Below are positions 22,674-36,724 of a stretch of DNA of 64,000 nucleotides, piece after piece; position 1 is the stretch's first letter, and every line of letters starts with the position of its first letter. This DNA comes from Schmidtea polychroa (taxonomy: Eukaryota): the NCBI GenBank assembly GCA_044892525.1, contig CM097885.1, positions 19,098,001 to 19,162,000 on the forward strand, read 5' to 3'. The notes under the pieces are model-generated. The model did no database searches and had not been told where the DNA came from. It saw only the letters and a program-made list of their open reading frames with translations. The position numbers and the translations under genes are program-made.

Positions 22674-24549
22674 CTATAAAAGAAAAAAAACGGCCTAAGT
22701 AAGATGAACTAAATTCGCTAAATCATTATTTCACTACCCCGATTATTAGTAGTACCAGATTTCATTACCAAAAAAAAACTAAGTTGAATGACAAGATGAA
22801 TCAATATTCACCCTATCTGAATGGATCATTTACAAGAAAATCGAAGTGGCAAAATATATCTTTATCTGCCAAAAGCAATGCCGTAGTGTTGAAAACAACC
22901 AAATGAAATGTTTAGATATAATTATTTATAAATTTTCATTCTCTAAAACTAAAGTTAGACCACCTTTAACGAAACGCAGTTACTATTCTCATGATCATTA
23001 TATGAAAAGCGAATTATTTGATTTCACAACAAAACTTATTTAGTATACTTAATCTTTAATCCCAAATATAACTTCGGTATGTTCGTAATTATCTCTACAT
23101 CGACATGTGTAATTACCCACCAGCGATTATCTACGATTAATATTAGTCTGATGATTTTTATCTACCTGCTGGCAACTACTCATTATCTGCCAGGCGAAAA
23201 TTGTCGTTGAGATCGTACGTAGCTGATTCAACTGATACCCCTCGGTGTCGCAGTAAATTGATTAAACGAGGGTGACATCTGAAAATCTCTCACCGGACTA
23301 CACTTCTCTAATCAGCGTTACCATTGTTGCTCATCCACATATGGAATTTCTCACTAGAATTGTTATCTAGTTCGCTATACATCGTGCGTGTATTTGTCTC
23401 GTAGAAAATTTTGATTTGGAATTTTAAACTGGATTTCGTTAAGCTGTGTAAATGTCTACCTAATCATGGGAAATTGAAGACAACCCCTCGCTATAGTTGG
23501 AATTTATTAAAGTCAGTTAGATGTCTCTACCATTCTTGGCTGGCCGATGATGCTTAGTTTGGACGGTAGCCGAAGAAACCCTTAAACCGGTTCGTCTGCA
23601 GATGGTTCGAAATTAATTTTTCTTTATATGAAATTTGTGAAATATATCGTTTGTTATCCGTTAACCTTTTGGTGAGGTTAAATTCTTATTGTGATGGTTC
23701 TACCGTTAAAATCAATTACTTTAAAACCGAATTTGTTCAATTCGAAAACGAATTACGAAACTAGGAAAGATTCTAATAGTGGCCTTTATAAGATACAGAT
23801 GGACGATGTCACTATATCATTCGGAGACGAAGGTAATGAAGTCATTATAGAAACGAAGATTTCTTGGGCATGCTCAGTCATTTTGAAGCGCATACTTTCT
23901 TCTTTCTCGAATTTAGAAACTCCTGCTTGCTTTCTACTATCTCGATTTAATTTTAAGTCCTTCAGCGATTGGACCCGTGAAGAAGCCTTCACATTCCGGC
24001 CCAATCCAACTGCGTGATTGAAGCACTCCAAGTCCACCGGCAGAGCTCCCGAAGGCACCTCATACCATGACACGGAGTGTCTCAACACCACGTTACTCAT
24101 AGATGTTATAATCATGAAAATAATAATAATAAAATTGCATCATAAAAACTCTATCGTAAATCATTTATTATGAATAAAATACTTCTAAACATTAAACCAA
24201 AAATTACGGATCAAATGAAGGAGATTGACTTTAAAATTTAAATTATACATTCATGAATACTATTATTCGTAATATAATTAAAACCAAAATAGAATCTCCT
24301 TACTGTTGAGTTATCTAATTAGACTGAATCGAAAAATAGAAATCGTCGGTTTCAAATTGGTTCACTGATCTGAAATTCGGTCGTGATTTGGATAAGTTTC
24401 CTCACTGTTAGTCGTCTGTCAAGCTTGGGTTAATTTTAGTCCACTATCGTCGGGTACCTGTAAAGTTTTTAGATTAACACTCTAGTAATATTGCAGTTTT
24501 ATTTATCTGTAAAGTTTTTAGATTAACACTAAATTTTCTGAATTTGATG

Positions 24550-24590
24550 CCTGCTTATATAGTAACTTCTTATAACTGCGGACCAATCAG
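24550..24590 (-). promoter_or_regulatory. TATA box and CCAAT box of the solo-LTR-like element
   Basis: Minus-strand CTATATAAG (24554-24562) with a CCAAT box at 24583-24587, facing into the internal ORFs. Confidence 0.45.
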
Positions 24591-26065
24591 AATTGATTAC
24601 CGCTTATTTTTAAATTTTAATATATTTTTTCTGTTTTTTCGGTTATTTTTCCTTATTTTCCTTATTTTTAATATATTTTCTATTTATTTTTCCTTAATTT
24701 CCTTATTATTTATTAAATTCCGCATAATTTAATCGTCACTTTATCGTTTTATTTACTTTTTCCTATTTTTATTGTTATTTTTATTCCTATATCTTACTTA
24801 TTATTTTTTCCTTATATCTTATCCTATTTTATTCTTAGTTTCGTTTATTTATTTTTATTTTCCTTAATATTCTACTTCCTTTCCTTACGATTTTTTCAAA
24901 AAAATCCAATTTTCGATTCAGCCCAACAATTGGTAATTTTGGTAATGACCATAATAAAAACTTAAATATAAAGAGTAAATAAGTGTTAGGCCTACTTTAT
25001 AAAGCATTTTGAGTGAAAAGAAAAACATAAAGATTTAAAGGACAACATTGAAGGGTGCCTCAATTTTGAATAATCAATGTTAGCCACAGAACCTTTGATA
25101 TTAATTGGATCCATGCTTTTCAAATCAATATTTCGAATACAGAGTTTTATTATTTAATCACCATAGTATTTAAACAAATCACATCATAAATTGTTTGAGG
25201 AGTTTCTATAGAAATAATTAATGCATAAGTAAGGATTTCAACATACAATAATAAATGGATATTGCAAATCAATACCAAAAACATAACGTAATTTTGGTAA
25301 TGACAATAATTAAAACTTAAATATATTTTTTATTTAATATTTATTTTATATTTTAGAAAAGATAAAGGGAATTCAAAGCAACACGATAGAAGCTTAGCAT
25401 ATGAGGATTACAGTGGAAATAAATTAATTATAAGCTTCTTCTCGATTCGAAGATCAAAATCAACAATCTGATTCACTTGTCGATCCAGATATTCCAGTTG
25501 ATATGATTCTGAAGGAGATCATCTGAGATCTGATGTTGCTTAATAAATCTTACAACAGAAAGATAAGTCTTTTAACTCATTTGAATGCACATTTAATACA
25601 ATATTCTACCTAAATCAGTAAATCAAACAATATCGTTTCAATTTAACAAAATTCCTTTAAAAATATTTTCAAAGAAAATTCAAGTGAAAAACCTTTTAAA
25701 GCAGTGTAAAATGTTTATCAGAAAAAAGAATTTATCGGTTTTGGTACGAAACAAAATTTTATTCATTAAATTCTTTGAAAAATAAGGAATTAACCCCATC
25801 AATTAAATGACAAAATTTTGGAATTACAGAAAATACTGTTGACAGATTCTTCAAAAATAAACAAATTATAAATGATTTATTGTATTGGAAATGTCTCTTA
25901 ATTCCGAAATAAATATGGAAAGAAATACACGAAATCGTGGGAATGACAACAACGATTTAAAATAATTATTTTTACTTAATTTTCTTAGTTTTTTATTAAA
26001 GTTTTTAAACTTAAATTTACTATTTGAAATTTTTTTTTATTTCTTATTATTTTTATTATTATTAA

Positions 26066-26165
<100 letters not shown>

Positions 26166-28899
26166 TTGAATAATTAAAATATTTGAAATATTTTAAGTAG
26201 TAATAATTTTAAATATAGACATCATTTTATTTCATACAGACGTAAAAATGATTTTACAAATGATTTTTCAATTGTAGACTTTGATCAAAAATTGTCTGTA
26301 TTTCTTGATCATAAATTTTTTTTGCCTTTTTAAATATTGCAGGTTGCTATTTTTTGATTTTGATTGGGATTGTATTTGAGGTTTAGCAATATATTCCAAA
26401 TGCAATTCATATCATCTTTCAGTCAAGGTTGGACGTTTTTTCTTCAGGCTACAGATAAATGAATTTCAAAACCATTTTTATTTAAAGTTTATTTAAGAAT
26501 AAAGTCAATCTCTTAAAGTATCCTTTTTCCTACTGGTAATTAAAACATTTAAAAAATAAATTTTTATTCTTTAAAACTTTCAAAAATCAAATAGAAATAT
26601 AAAATTTTGCATTGTCATAAAATATATCAGTAAAACAAAAATCAAAATTAACAATTAAAATTACCAATTGAAATTTTTATAAAATTTTATTAATGTTAAT
26701 GGAAAAGTTTTAAAGACTTTTCATCATTTAAAGAGACGAATTAAAGAAATAAAACTTATTAATTTCGATAGATTTCGAAGAAATATTTGATCACAAATTA
26801 TTCCACAGAAACAAACATGTCAGTTTATTTTTAGTTAATTTAGGTTATTTCATATAGTAATTTTGCAAAATCTACTGACTTCTAATAAAATTTATTACAT
26901 AAAATTTGAAAAAAATTAAAAATGCACTTAGAAAATCATCAAAGTGTTGCATAACAACCAGATTGCTTAATTTCTCAAATATCTTTCCTTAAGGATGATC
27001 AAATCCATCAGGAATTCTAAATTATATAGTGAAAAAGATGTACAAATGGCGATTTTTATCAATAAAATCTTTACCGTGTTTATTTAAGTATATTTTTTAA
27101 TTATTAAATCAAAAGCATGAAAATTAAATTATTGTTATTGTTCTTGTTTAATATATCTTCAACTGGAATTCCCAGACATTTTAAAGATTTGCTACGATAT
27201 TTCATGAAACGCATATTTTTATAAATTTCGAAGGTTTTTAACCCATTGAAGGTTATTGACCCACCATAAACCTTCTAGGGTCTGACTAAAAGTTATCTCT
27301 AAATGACCTCTAAATGACCTTTTCAATGAACTACCATTCAATAAAATCCATTGGCGGGAATCTTTCAAACTTTATTTTCAAACTTTTCAAACCTTTAAAT
27401 TTTTCAAACCATATAATATGTATATCAAACAAAAGGTATTCTCTGAGTTTATCCAACAAAATATTTTGTGCCTTATGAGTATTGCTCACAAGGGTGATGG
27501 TTACATTAAACATGTCGTAAGTTATTTTCAAAGTTTAATTATTATTATTTTTTAATGGGGTCCCGATAATGAACAAGTACCGAAATCCGTAATGACCACT
27601 CATTGAGACTAAAGCATTCAGTAATTAGTCTTGATTCTTTTTAGATAATAATTAAATAGGAATATCCGGATATCAGTGAAAAAGCAATTGACCTTTTCTT
27701 ACAAGTTACAAAGTTTTTTCTATTGGTAAATATCAAAAGCAAGAAAAGACAAAAAGATGAACTCAACTGAGAATGAGAGTATATTTGTTAAATACGCGAC
27801 CAAAATATAAAGGGCCTCAAAAGCATCAAGCTCAAATTTTACATTAATATATGTTATAAAAAGAATCTTTTGTTATTTCTGTTATTTATTGAAAGTACAA
27901 ACTTGATATTATTTTACATAATCCAGAATAATCCGAATTAAATTGCCTAATCTTAGTGGTAGGTGGATTGGGTGAGTATTTTCGTATTTTAGTGTTTAGT
28001 CAATTTTTAACCAATCAATCTAAGAAATATTAAATTTAATTTTTTTAAATTTTTTTTAAAATTTTTTTTAATCAATACATATTACTTATTCAAATGATTA
28101 CAATATAATTTATACTAAATTATTATTTTTGAAAATTCGTCCTTATTTTCCTTATGGATATATCAATGATTCTTTCAATCGGACAGATATTCATTTGAAT
28201 TACTTGTAATTAATTTATTTAGGAATAAAATTTTTAAATTTAGTTAAATTGTTTAAAATAAAATGAAATGCATTTCTTTCAAAATCGAAATATTGTATTA
28301 TGTTGGAATTAGAGAGAATTATTACCTTTTAATGTTTACAATCGTTTTAATAGTCTGATATTCTCTAGAGTTTAATAATAATTATCGTAAGAAAAGATCA
28401 AAATTTCTAGATAATTTATTCATAACCTAATGAAATAAATTTTAATAAAAATTCCTTGTTTGAATGAATGGAAATTAATAAATTCAAGAAAATATTTAGA
28501 TATAATATTTCAGATCAAAATATTATATATTTATTAATGACACCAAACACAAAAATCAGAAATATTACAAAGTAAATGTTATTTAACAGGGTGACACATA
28601 AATATTTATATGTCCATTAAAGTAACGCCACAAAAAAAATGATATTTTGTAATTTCATATTTTTACTTGAGTTTATAATTATTCAAAATAATAAATAATA
28701 AATTTGTTTGAATATAATTTACAAATAAAACAAAATTCGTTAGGACTAAAATTAAAAGATTTTGCCTAAAAACATTAAAAATTATTATTTTTTGTTTGAA
28801 TATTTAATGTATTTAATAATTCAAAATACTTTTCCTCGTATGAATTTATAAAGACGTCAAATTAAATAAATTCGTTTTAGTGTTAAATGTTATGAAAGA

Positions 28900-29190
28900 A
28901 ACAAAACAAAATAAAAACAATAAAAAATTAATTAAAATAATATTTTTTAAAGAATTTTAAAAGTTTAAAATAATTGTTTGTTGAAAATTATTTTTGAAAA
29001 TAATTATTTAAAATTGTTATTTATAATTTAAAAATTTATAGATTTTATGATTTGTTTATAAATTATCAATCATCCCTATTGAATGTAGATAACCTGATGA
29101 TGATAGTGATGTTATCGAAATATATAGTGAAAAAGATGTACGAATGGTGATATTTATTAATAAAGTCTTTACTATGTTTATTTAAATATT
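28900..29190 (+). repeat. Penelope pseudo-LTR copy with a hammerhead motif
   Basis: Inverted homolog at about 60307-60550 and partial copy at about 27020-27090; contains CTGATGA-stem-GAAA. Confidence 0.65.
29091..29128 (+). ncRNA. Minimal type I hammerhead ribozyme-like motif
   Basis: AC-CTGATGA-T-GATAG(TGATG)TTATC-GAA-ATATAT-A-GT; stem I only about 2 bp. Confidence 0.5.
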
Positions 29191-29959
29191 GTTAGCTTTG
29201 ATTTTAATTGCCTTTTCGTAACTTTATGCTATGAATAAAATTCAATCGTTGCGACCTGTTCGTGTATTAAATTTTAAAAAACACTGTATAATAAGAACAA
29301 GAATAGGTAAAAAAGGAGCTTGAAAGCTCAAAGTTTTATTATAAATACATTTAAAATTATACAGTTTTAAAAAAATATTTGCTAACAATTAAATTCTAGT
29401 TTCATTATTATATATACAACAGTAATTTTTCTTAGAATTTCAATCTGAAATGGAAAATTTTAATTCTTCTTTACTAGAGACTTGATATTTATCTGAAATA
29501 ATTTATTACTTTATTCATTTTACAATGGATAAAACTTTTCTACATTGATATAGTTTGTGTCTGTTTACATAAAAATATTATTATTATTCTTTTTATAAAT
29601 AGAATTTTCTATGAAATAGCAATTACATTTTTGAAATTATTAGCAGACTTAAATTTTTGATGACCATGTCCAGATAATTCATTTTTTTACAATTCATAAC
29701 AAAATTTAAATTCTTACAGTTTTCAATCATTATTTAAACAAAAACAATTACAAATTACTTCAAAACAATTCTGTAAATTTCAAAATAAAAAAAACCAAAC
29801 AATAACTCACACACACATCCTCACATTGTGACATAAAGCACGCACTATCATCACAACTGAAAAATGCTCACCAAAGATTTGATTCGATGCACACCTCAAA
29901 GTGAGAATGCTCCAATTCATTTCATAACAAGGATAAAGATATATAAACAAATTCCAGTA

Positions 29960-30780
29960 AAAACATATACATAGACAAGTAAATATTGCTCCCAGAATCA
30001 TGCCAAAAATTGTCAATTATGAGTTGGGATTAAATGATAGAACAAAATAAGGATCCAACGCTTACATATATAATATATTTATCGATGAAGAAATAGTTTC
30101 AGCGATATAAGTAAAAACTTGGTTAGTTAAATTAAATCTGATAACAAACGAAATTAAGCGTCCCTCGGTAACAAAGCTGTAAGAATACTTGAACTCTCAG
30201 TATACATCGAAAATGGGTTTAAATAAAACCGAGTTAATGCCATTCGCCGTGAATTAAAAGGAAAAAAATGAAAAGACGAGAATCGTATTCATAATGTGAT
30301 CAAGTAATCGGAGTTCTTCCATATGTGATCTTATCTCAAAAGATTAAGTGAAGAAGATTGAGATCGACCAATTGATATAACATTATCAGAGAAAGTAAAA
30401 TGGCTTTTAAATAAATTTCGTCATAGAAGCAGCGTTAGAATTCCATGTAAATATAATGGAAGAAATATATCGGTTGAGAAAACAAAATGATGTTAGGAAC
30501 ATCAATTTATGAGAACTTAAAACAATCGTTAAAGGCGTGAATTTTTGTATCAAATGGGATATAAAGTCTTTTAAAATGATGTCAGATGATAAATCCGTAG
30601 TGAGCTGAGTTCGCAGTGCGGTAACATCCGAAAGAAATATTTCAACTAAAGCCTCCTAAAACACCAATAAAAAGAAAACTGAACATTATACATAGAATAT
30701 CTTTCAATAAATAAAAGTATATCTGATATACTTACTAGAATTCTATCAAAATGGATCAAGAAACCTTTTCTTGAAATTAT
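29960..30780 (+). mobile_element. Decayed LTR-retrotransposon pol remnant (RT/RNase H)
   Basis: Fragments NIAPRIMPKIV..GSNAYIYNIF and LRKQNDVRNINL*ELKTIVKGVNFCIKW..MSDDKSVVS* resemble Gypsy RT/RNase H. Confidence 0.6.
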
Positions 30781-31035
30781 GATTATGTGGTAATAATCAG
30801 AAATTTGAAATTGATTAACATTTAGTTATTTAATAGTTAAATTCATGCATTTATTGTTTTTGGTAAAATAGTTGAACAAATTTGTTTCGCATTTGTATAT
30901 TTAATAAATGTAATACTCAAATTCCAGATTATCACACTAAATGGTCAAGTACAAGAAATAAATTATAAAATATAAAATATAGCTTCGGATAAAATAAATA
31001 AACTATGAAAAATAGGCTTAAGCTAGATGGATAAC

Positions 31036-31189
<154 letters not shown>

Positions 31190-31899
31190 AATAGTAGTAA
31201 CAATAATATAACTAAATGAAATTATACTAAATTTTATCAAAAAATGAAATAAATATTATAGAAGAATAATTGTAACAATTTACGGTAATCTATGTAGTAA
31301 AACAAGATTCTATTTATCCTCATAAGATTTGATGAAAAACTGCACTTGTCAATTTCGGATTAATTCTTAATTTGCTAAACATGTGTTGAATAGTTTTCGT
31401 TGATTTAAAATTGAATTTATATTTATTTTTCTACATATTTCTAAGCGTTACACATTGGAAACAGAATTATAAACAAAATGCACAAAATACCAATGTTTAT
31501 TATTATTGTTCATAAAAAATGAAATTTTCATAATTATTAGGAAAAATATTTTTAATTTAAGTCATTGGTAAATTTAATAATAAAATAATTATGAAAAATA
31601 TTATTGAAAATTTTTTTAAAATATAGATATTGTTGACAATTTTATGAATAATCGATAAATCGATTTTGACTCTTAATTTTTAAATAATAATAATAATTAA
31701 TAAACTAAACTTAAAAACGTCACTCGAGAATCACTTTTACAATATATTTCGATAGGTTCACATTTATCATCAGATGAAAAAATATTTAAGTTAAGCTAAG
31801 AAAGCAACTAGATCGAATTTACCAAGCAACTTTTGATTACGCAATTGCGGCAACTTACTTTTTTTTCTTTCAGGTATTTTTAGTACAAAATTTTTTTTT

Positions 31900-32870
31900 C
31901 AGATTATAGTGATGGGGTCTCCATGGTCCTGGGATTTTCAATACAAATTTGAAATACCACTAAAAAAGCCATTAATTTAAGCTATCAGGATATTTTGAAT
32001 AGAAAAAGGCTGTCTACACTGGTTTCAGGATATTTTCAATACAAAATCCAACTATCACTAAAAAAGCCATGTAATTTAAGGTCTCAGTATATTTTCAATA
32101 GAAAAAGGTGGTCTTCAATAAAAAAGCCAAGGATATTTCCCAGTAAATTAAGGTGGGTCTCCTTGGTCCTGGGATTTTCAATAGAAAAAGTGGTCTTCAA
32201 TAAAAAACAGTGGTAATTTAAGGTCTCATGATATTTTCAATACAAAAATAAGATTATCACTAAAAAATCATAGAATATTCAAAGTAAATTAAGGTGGGTC
32301 TTTTTGGTCCTGAGAATTTCAATAGAAAAGGTGGTCTACACTAAAAGAGCGTGGTAAAATTTTTAAAATAAAGCAAATTATGAGTCTAAAAATTGAATTA
32401 CAGTAAATTATGTTTTCAAATTATGAAATTAAAGTAAATTATGGGTCTAATATTTGAATTAAAGTAATCAATGGGCTGAAATAAGTAAATTAAGGTCCAA
32501 AATTTTGAATTACATTAAATAATGGGTCTAATAATTGAATTAAAGTAATCAATGGGTTCAAATAAGTTAATTAAGGTTCAAATTTTAAAATTAAAGTAAA
32601 TGATGGTTCAAAAAATTAAATTAAAGTAATCAATGTGTTCAAATAAGTAAATTAACGTTCAAATTTTTAATTAAAGTAAATCAAGGTCCAAAATTTTAAA
32701 TTAAAGTAATGAATGGGCTCAAATAACTAAATTAATGTTCTAAAAACTTAAATTAAAGTTAATTAAAGTCCAAATTTTAAAAATAAGTAATCAATAGTCA
32801 AAAATTTTAAATTAAAGTTAAATAAGTAAATTAAAGTAATGTAATAAGTAAATTAAAGTAAGATTTTAAA
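31900..32870. repeat. Composite degenerate tandem repeat array
   Basis: 31900-32360: recurring GGTCCTGGGATTTTCAATA / CACTAAAAAAGCC / AATTTAAGGT units; 32370-32870: about 20-30-bp AATTAAAGTAA..GGGTC units. Confidence 0.8.
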
Positions 32871-33001
32871 ATTTATTAACAAAAAGTTGGAATAATAGTA
32901 GGTGTTTGAGAATTGAAATTTTAATGAAATATTTTTCAATGGTAATTTTAGATGGAAATTTTTATGGAATAATTTTTAAAGTCAAATGAAAGTTTTAATG
33001 G

Positions 33002-33048
33002 AATAATAATAATAACAATAATAATAATAAAAATAATAATACTAATAC

Positions 33049-33115
<67 letters not shown>
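33002..33115. repeat. (AAT)n microsatellite
   Basis: Direct observation. Confidence 0.95.
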
Positions 33116-33950
33116 TGTTTAATTGTCCTTTGAAGCTTGGTTTTTAGTATAATCGTCCGCGTTTCTCGACGGAGCAACTCGTACACTTCATCGGCCAACT
33201 CATAATCTGACAGACAACTGAAACCTGTATCATTAGCTGCGGTGATTTTCTGGACTTGTAATTTCTCAATATCTGCCTTATTTCCTAGTGGAGGACCACT
33301 TTGTTCAAATTGATTCTTAATACTCGTTACACACTTGTCAAAACTTTGATCTGAAACCATGTAATCTGACGAATCGGATCTAAAATCCTGCGGCAGTAAT
33401 CCACCAAATAAATTTGATGTTAGTTGGCCTAAAACACCATTAAAGTTATCAGGATCTCTTGGAGTCATAAAAAAGGAACCATCAGTTTCGTTTGTAGTAT
33501 TTCCAACAGGAACATGACGAATAATATGAGAAACGTTCAAGGCATCATCATTATTTTCCATTGAGTTATAATGCCTAATATCAAAAATCATATATTTTCC
33601 CAACAGGACAGGATTTCAACAAAATCAGAAGCAAATTCAAATCGATTCAATAAAACTCCTTTTTAAAAACCATTTAAAGATAAATCACAATTCCAAAACA
33701 TCCATCTAAAACTCGATACAATCAAAATTCTATACCATCAAAAAACTCTGAGATCGATCCAACAAAACATAATCTTCTCAATTTTCCGCGTCTGTGTGCG
33801 CACACAACCCAAACACAAAGAAAGTAAAAAGCGCACACAGACGCGAATTAACTTCATAATTTACCATTCTCCGCGTCTATGTGCGCACACAAAAACCTCC
33901 AAAACCAGTACAAAGCGCACACAGACGCGAGCATCGACAATTAATCAATA
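33116..33950 (-). mobile_element. Probable 5' end (5'UTR and ORF1 start) of a CR1/L2-like LINE, truncated at the (AAT)n tract
   Basis: ORF 32995-33603 ends in EVYELLRRETRTIILK, resembling the ORF1 E.ERR..NLII motif; structured leader upstream. Confidence 0.4.
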
Positions 33951-34398
33951 ATAATAATACTAAGAGTTCAACAATCCGATACCAACAACTATCAGGTATT
34001 TACAACTAGATACCAAGTTCTTACAAACAGCTATCAAGTATCATGTACTATCAACCAAGTTAAAAACAGACAAGTACTAACAACCAACTAAATATTCTTT
34101 ATTGTATTTAATGAAATGATTTTTAAATTAATTTCTTTATCTGTCTTCAAAAATAATTTTTACTACAATCAGTAGAAAAACCTTTTCTAAATGTCTAAAT
34201 TTAACAAAAATGATAGAATTTCATCAAAAAAAATAATTGTCAACTCAACCACTTTAAAACACCACGTGGAATTGAGGATAATTTAAATTACAATGAAAGA
34301 CTATTGAATTCTACTTTACAAAACATTCTTCTTTTTATTGATTACTACTGACTTATTATTGCAAAGTAAAAATTGCATTAAATGAATAGTTATTGTTG

Positions 34399-35760
34399 AT
34401 TCGTTTTATTATATATACTCGGAGTTTATCTGACAGGATGTTTTGACTCCTAAGGGTACTGGTCATAAGGGTACAGGTCGTAAGGGTACAAGACGTAAGG
34501 GTATTGCTAACATTCTACTAAATACTAACAACCACCATCAAAACCCATCGAGAAATTGACAAATATCAACCTACAACTATGTAATAACAATCAGTTAACA
34601 ACATCATACCAACTACCAAGCACAACATACCAATAACTTAGTATCATCTACCAGTAACTTATGAACATGTATTTTCAAATAGATACCAAGTACTTACAAC
34701 AAGATACCAAACGTTATCAGTCAAGTACTAACAACAAGTTACCAAGCACTATCAGCAAAATACTATCAACAAGGTACCAAGTAACAACAATCAACTAACA
34801 ACACATAAAAATAATAGCAATTAAATACAAAATATTCTTCATCACATACAATATCTTCTTGTCATCATCTACAACTAAACTTTATCAATCAGATACCAAC
34901 TACCAAGTACCAAGTACTAACAACCAACAACTATGTATTAACAAATAGATATTTAAAAAAAATCCTCTTCATTTGAAAAATTGGATGAAAAATTAATTGA
35001 ACTCAAGTCATCAATATATATTGATTGACCATAATTCTTCAACGATTCAACCAATCATTTTCAAGCAATAATAGGAAACTAAATCACAAATTTCAGTATA
35101 TTCTACAATCATTTTCAAGTAAATTTAAAGTTAACTGGTTTCTTAGCTTAGGTTTTAAAAGTTCATCAATGTGTAAATGGAAATATTCTTAGAAAATTAT
35201 TGAAAAGATTACTGAGTCAAATTCAATTACATTACAAAGTTATCATCAAAAATTTATTCTATCACTTAATTATTAATCTAATTGTCAATGAAATTAATTT
35301 TTATTTAAAATTTAAAAACTTTTCAATAAAATACAACTAATTATCAAGAAATTAATTAAATTTATTACCATTAAAACCCTAAATTTTAAAATATTCATTC
35401 AATAAACATGAAATTTGCAAAAATGATAAAAATCCACAAAACACGATAAAAATTCACAAAAACGATAGAAATCCGCAAAAATAATAGAAAATTACAAAAA
35501 TGATGGAAATTCACAAAAATGATAGAAATTTACTTGAATATTTACTAAAACCATCAACTCTAAAAATTATCAATGAATGCCTTAAACAACAAATTTGCCT
35601 AAATAATCATTCAAATTAAAGCATTAAAATCAAATACCAGTACCTTCATGATCATTACACTTGCGACATGTTGAATGTGAGTAGTACTTTTATGACCAGT
35701 ACCCTTAGGGGGTCAAAACATCCTGTCGGATAAACTCCGAGTATATATAATAAAACGAAT
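34399..35760. mobile_element. Non-autonomous DNA transposon with about 70-bp TIRs, superfamily unclear
   Basis: ATTCGTTTTATTATATATACTCGGAGTTTATC..TAAGGGTACTGGTCATAA inverted at about 35690-35760; subterminal TAAGGGTAC repeats; internal 20-bp tandem repeats at 35420-35530. Confidence 0.75.
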
Positions 35761-36724
35761 TAACTCATTCAAATTTATCACAAATTTTGATAAAAAATCT
35801 TATTCTAAAGTGGTAAGCAATTGTAGGATAAAAATGACTTTGATAACTTTGATAAAATTAACAATATTATTCTCAGGGGGTAAGAATCTTCATTACTCGA
35901 TGATAAATTAATAAATTCAAATGGGTGAAAATAATTATTAGAATAATTCATTAATAGATCATGGGAGGTAAAAACTGAGAAGCGGCGTAGATAAGATGAA
36001 GGTTGATAAGAATGGATGTATTGCAACTATTTTATAAAAATTATCACTTTAATAAAAAAACTTTTAAAAGAAATATTTGTGGGGATGTTTTAAGTGAATA
36101 ATTAATCAAAATCGGGGAGTTATACGTGATTAAATAGTTGAAAATCGAGGGATATAGGTGATTAAATAGTGAAAAATCAAGGGGGGGGGTATTAGTGATT
36201 AATTAATGGAAAATCTGGAATCGGGGGGAATATAAGGGAGGCGGATGTATAATTTAAATTATTTTAAACTATTTTATTACATAACAAGCCGTACTGTTTT
36301 ATTACATAACAAGCTGTGAATGGTATTTTACCAACATTTTACCAAATTTTTACAGTATGTAATTTAATTTTAATTGTCCTTTTAAATTGTATATATTTTG
36401 AATATCATTCTATTGTTGTATTCCAATAATATGTTTAAAGAGTCTAAATTGATTAATAAATTAATATATTGTTAACATTTATTTGAGAATTTAAAAAAAC
36501 TTTACTTAAAATTAGTGAAGTATTTAATTTAATTTTGATTTAATTTTTAAGACAAATATTTGAGTATACATTTAAATTATATTGGTTGATAATTGTGTTT
36601 TTTTAATTTTTGACTAAAATTAATTCTAAAATTAATTCTAAAATAATAGCAAATCATTATTAAAATTTTTTAATTTACATTATGTATTTAAAAAACAATT
36701 ATCATAAAAGATAATAATAGATAT

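Larger units (their letters stand above)
21352..24928 (-). mobile_element. 3.6-kb solo-LTR-like element with TG...CA ends
   Basis: Termini TGTTGG / CCAACA; 4-bp TSD ATTG (21348-21351 and 24929-24932); interrupts a sequence whose related copy is contiguous at about 25255-25325; higher GC than the flanks. Confidence 0.75.

Noticed and set aside
23036..24115. Long minus-strand frame that reads as protein if TAA/TAG are Gln (recoding or C-to-T hypermutation)
   Set aside because: About 20 stops in 250 codons is what random sequence gives, and other frames look equally protein-like
31900..32870. Possible CRISPR-like repeat-spacer array
   Set aside because: Degenerate tandem units without unique spacers, in a eukaryotic context with no cas genes
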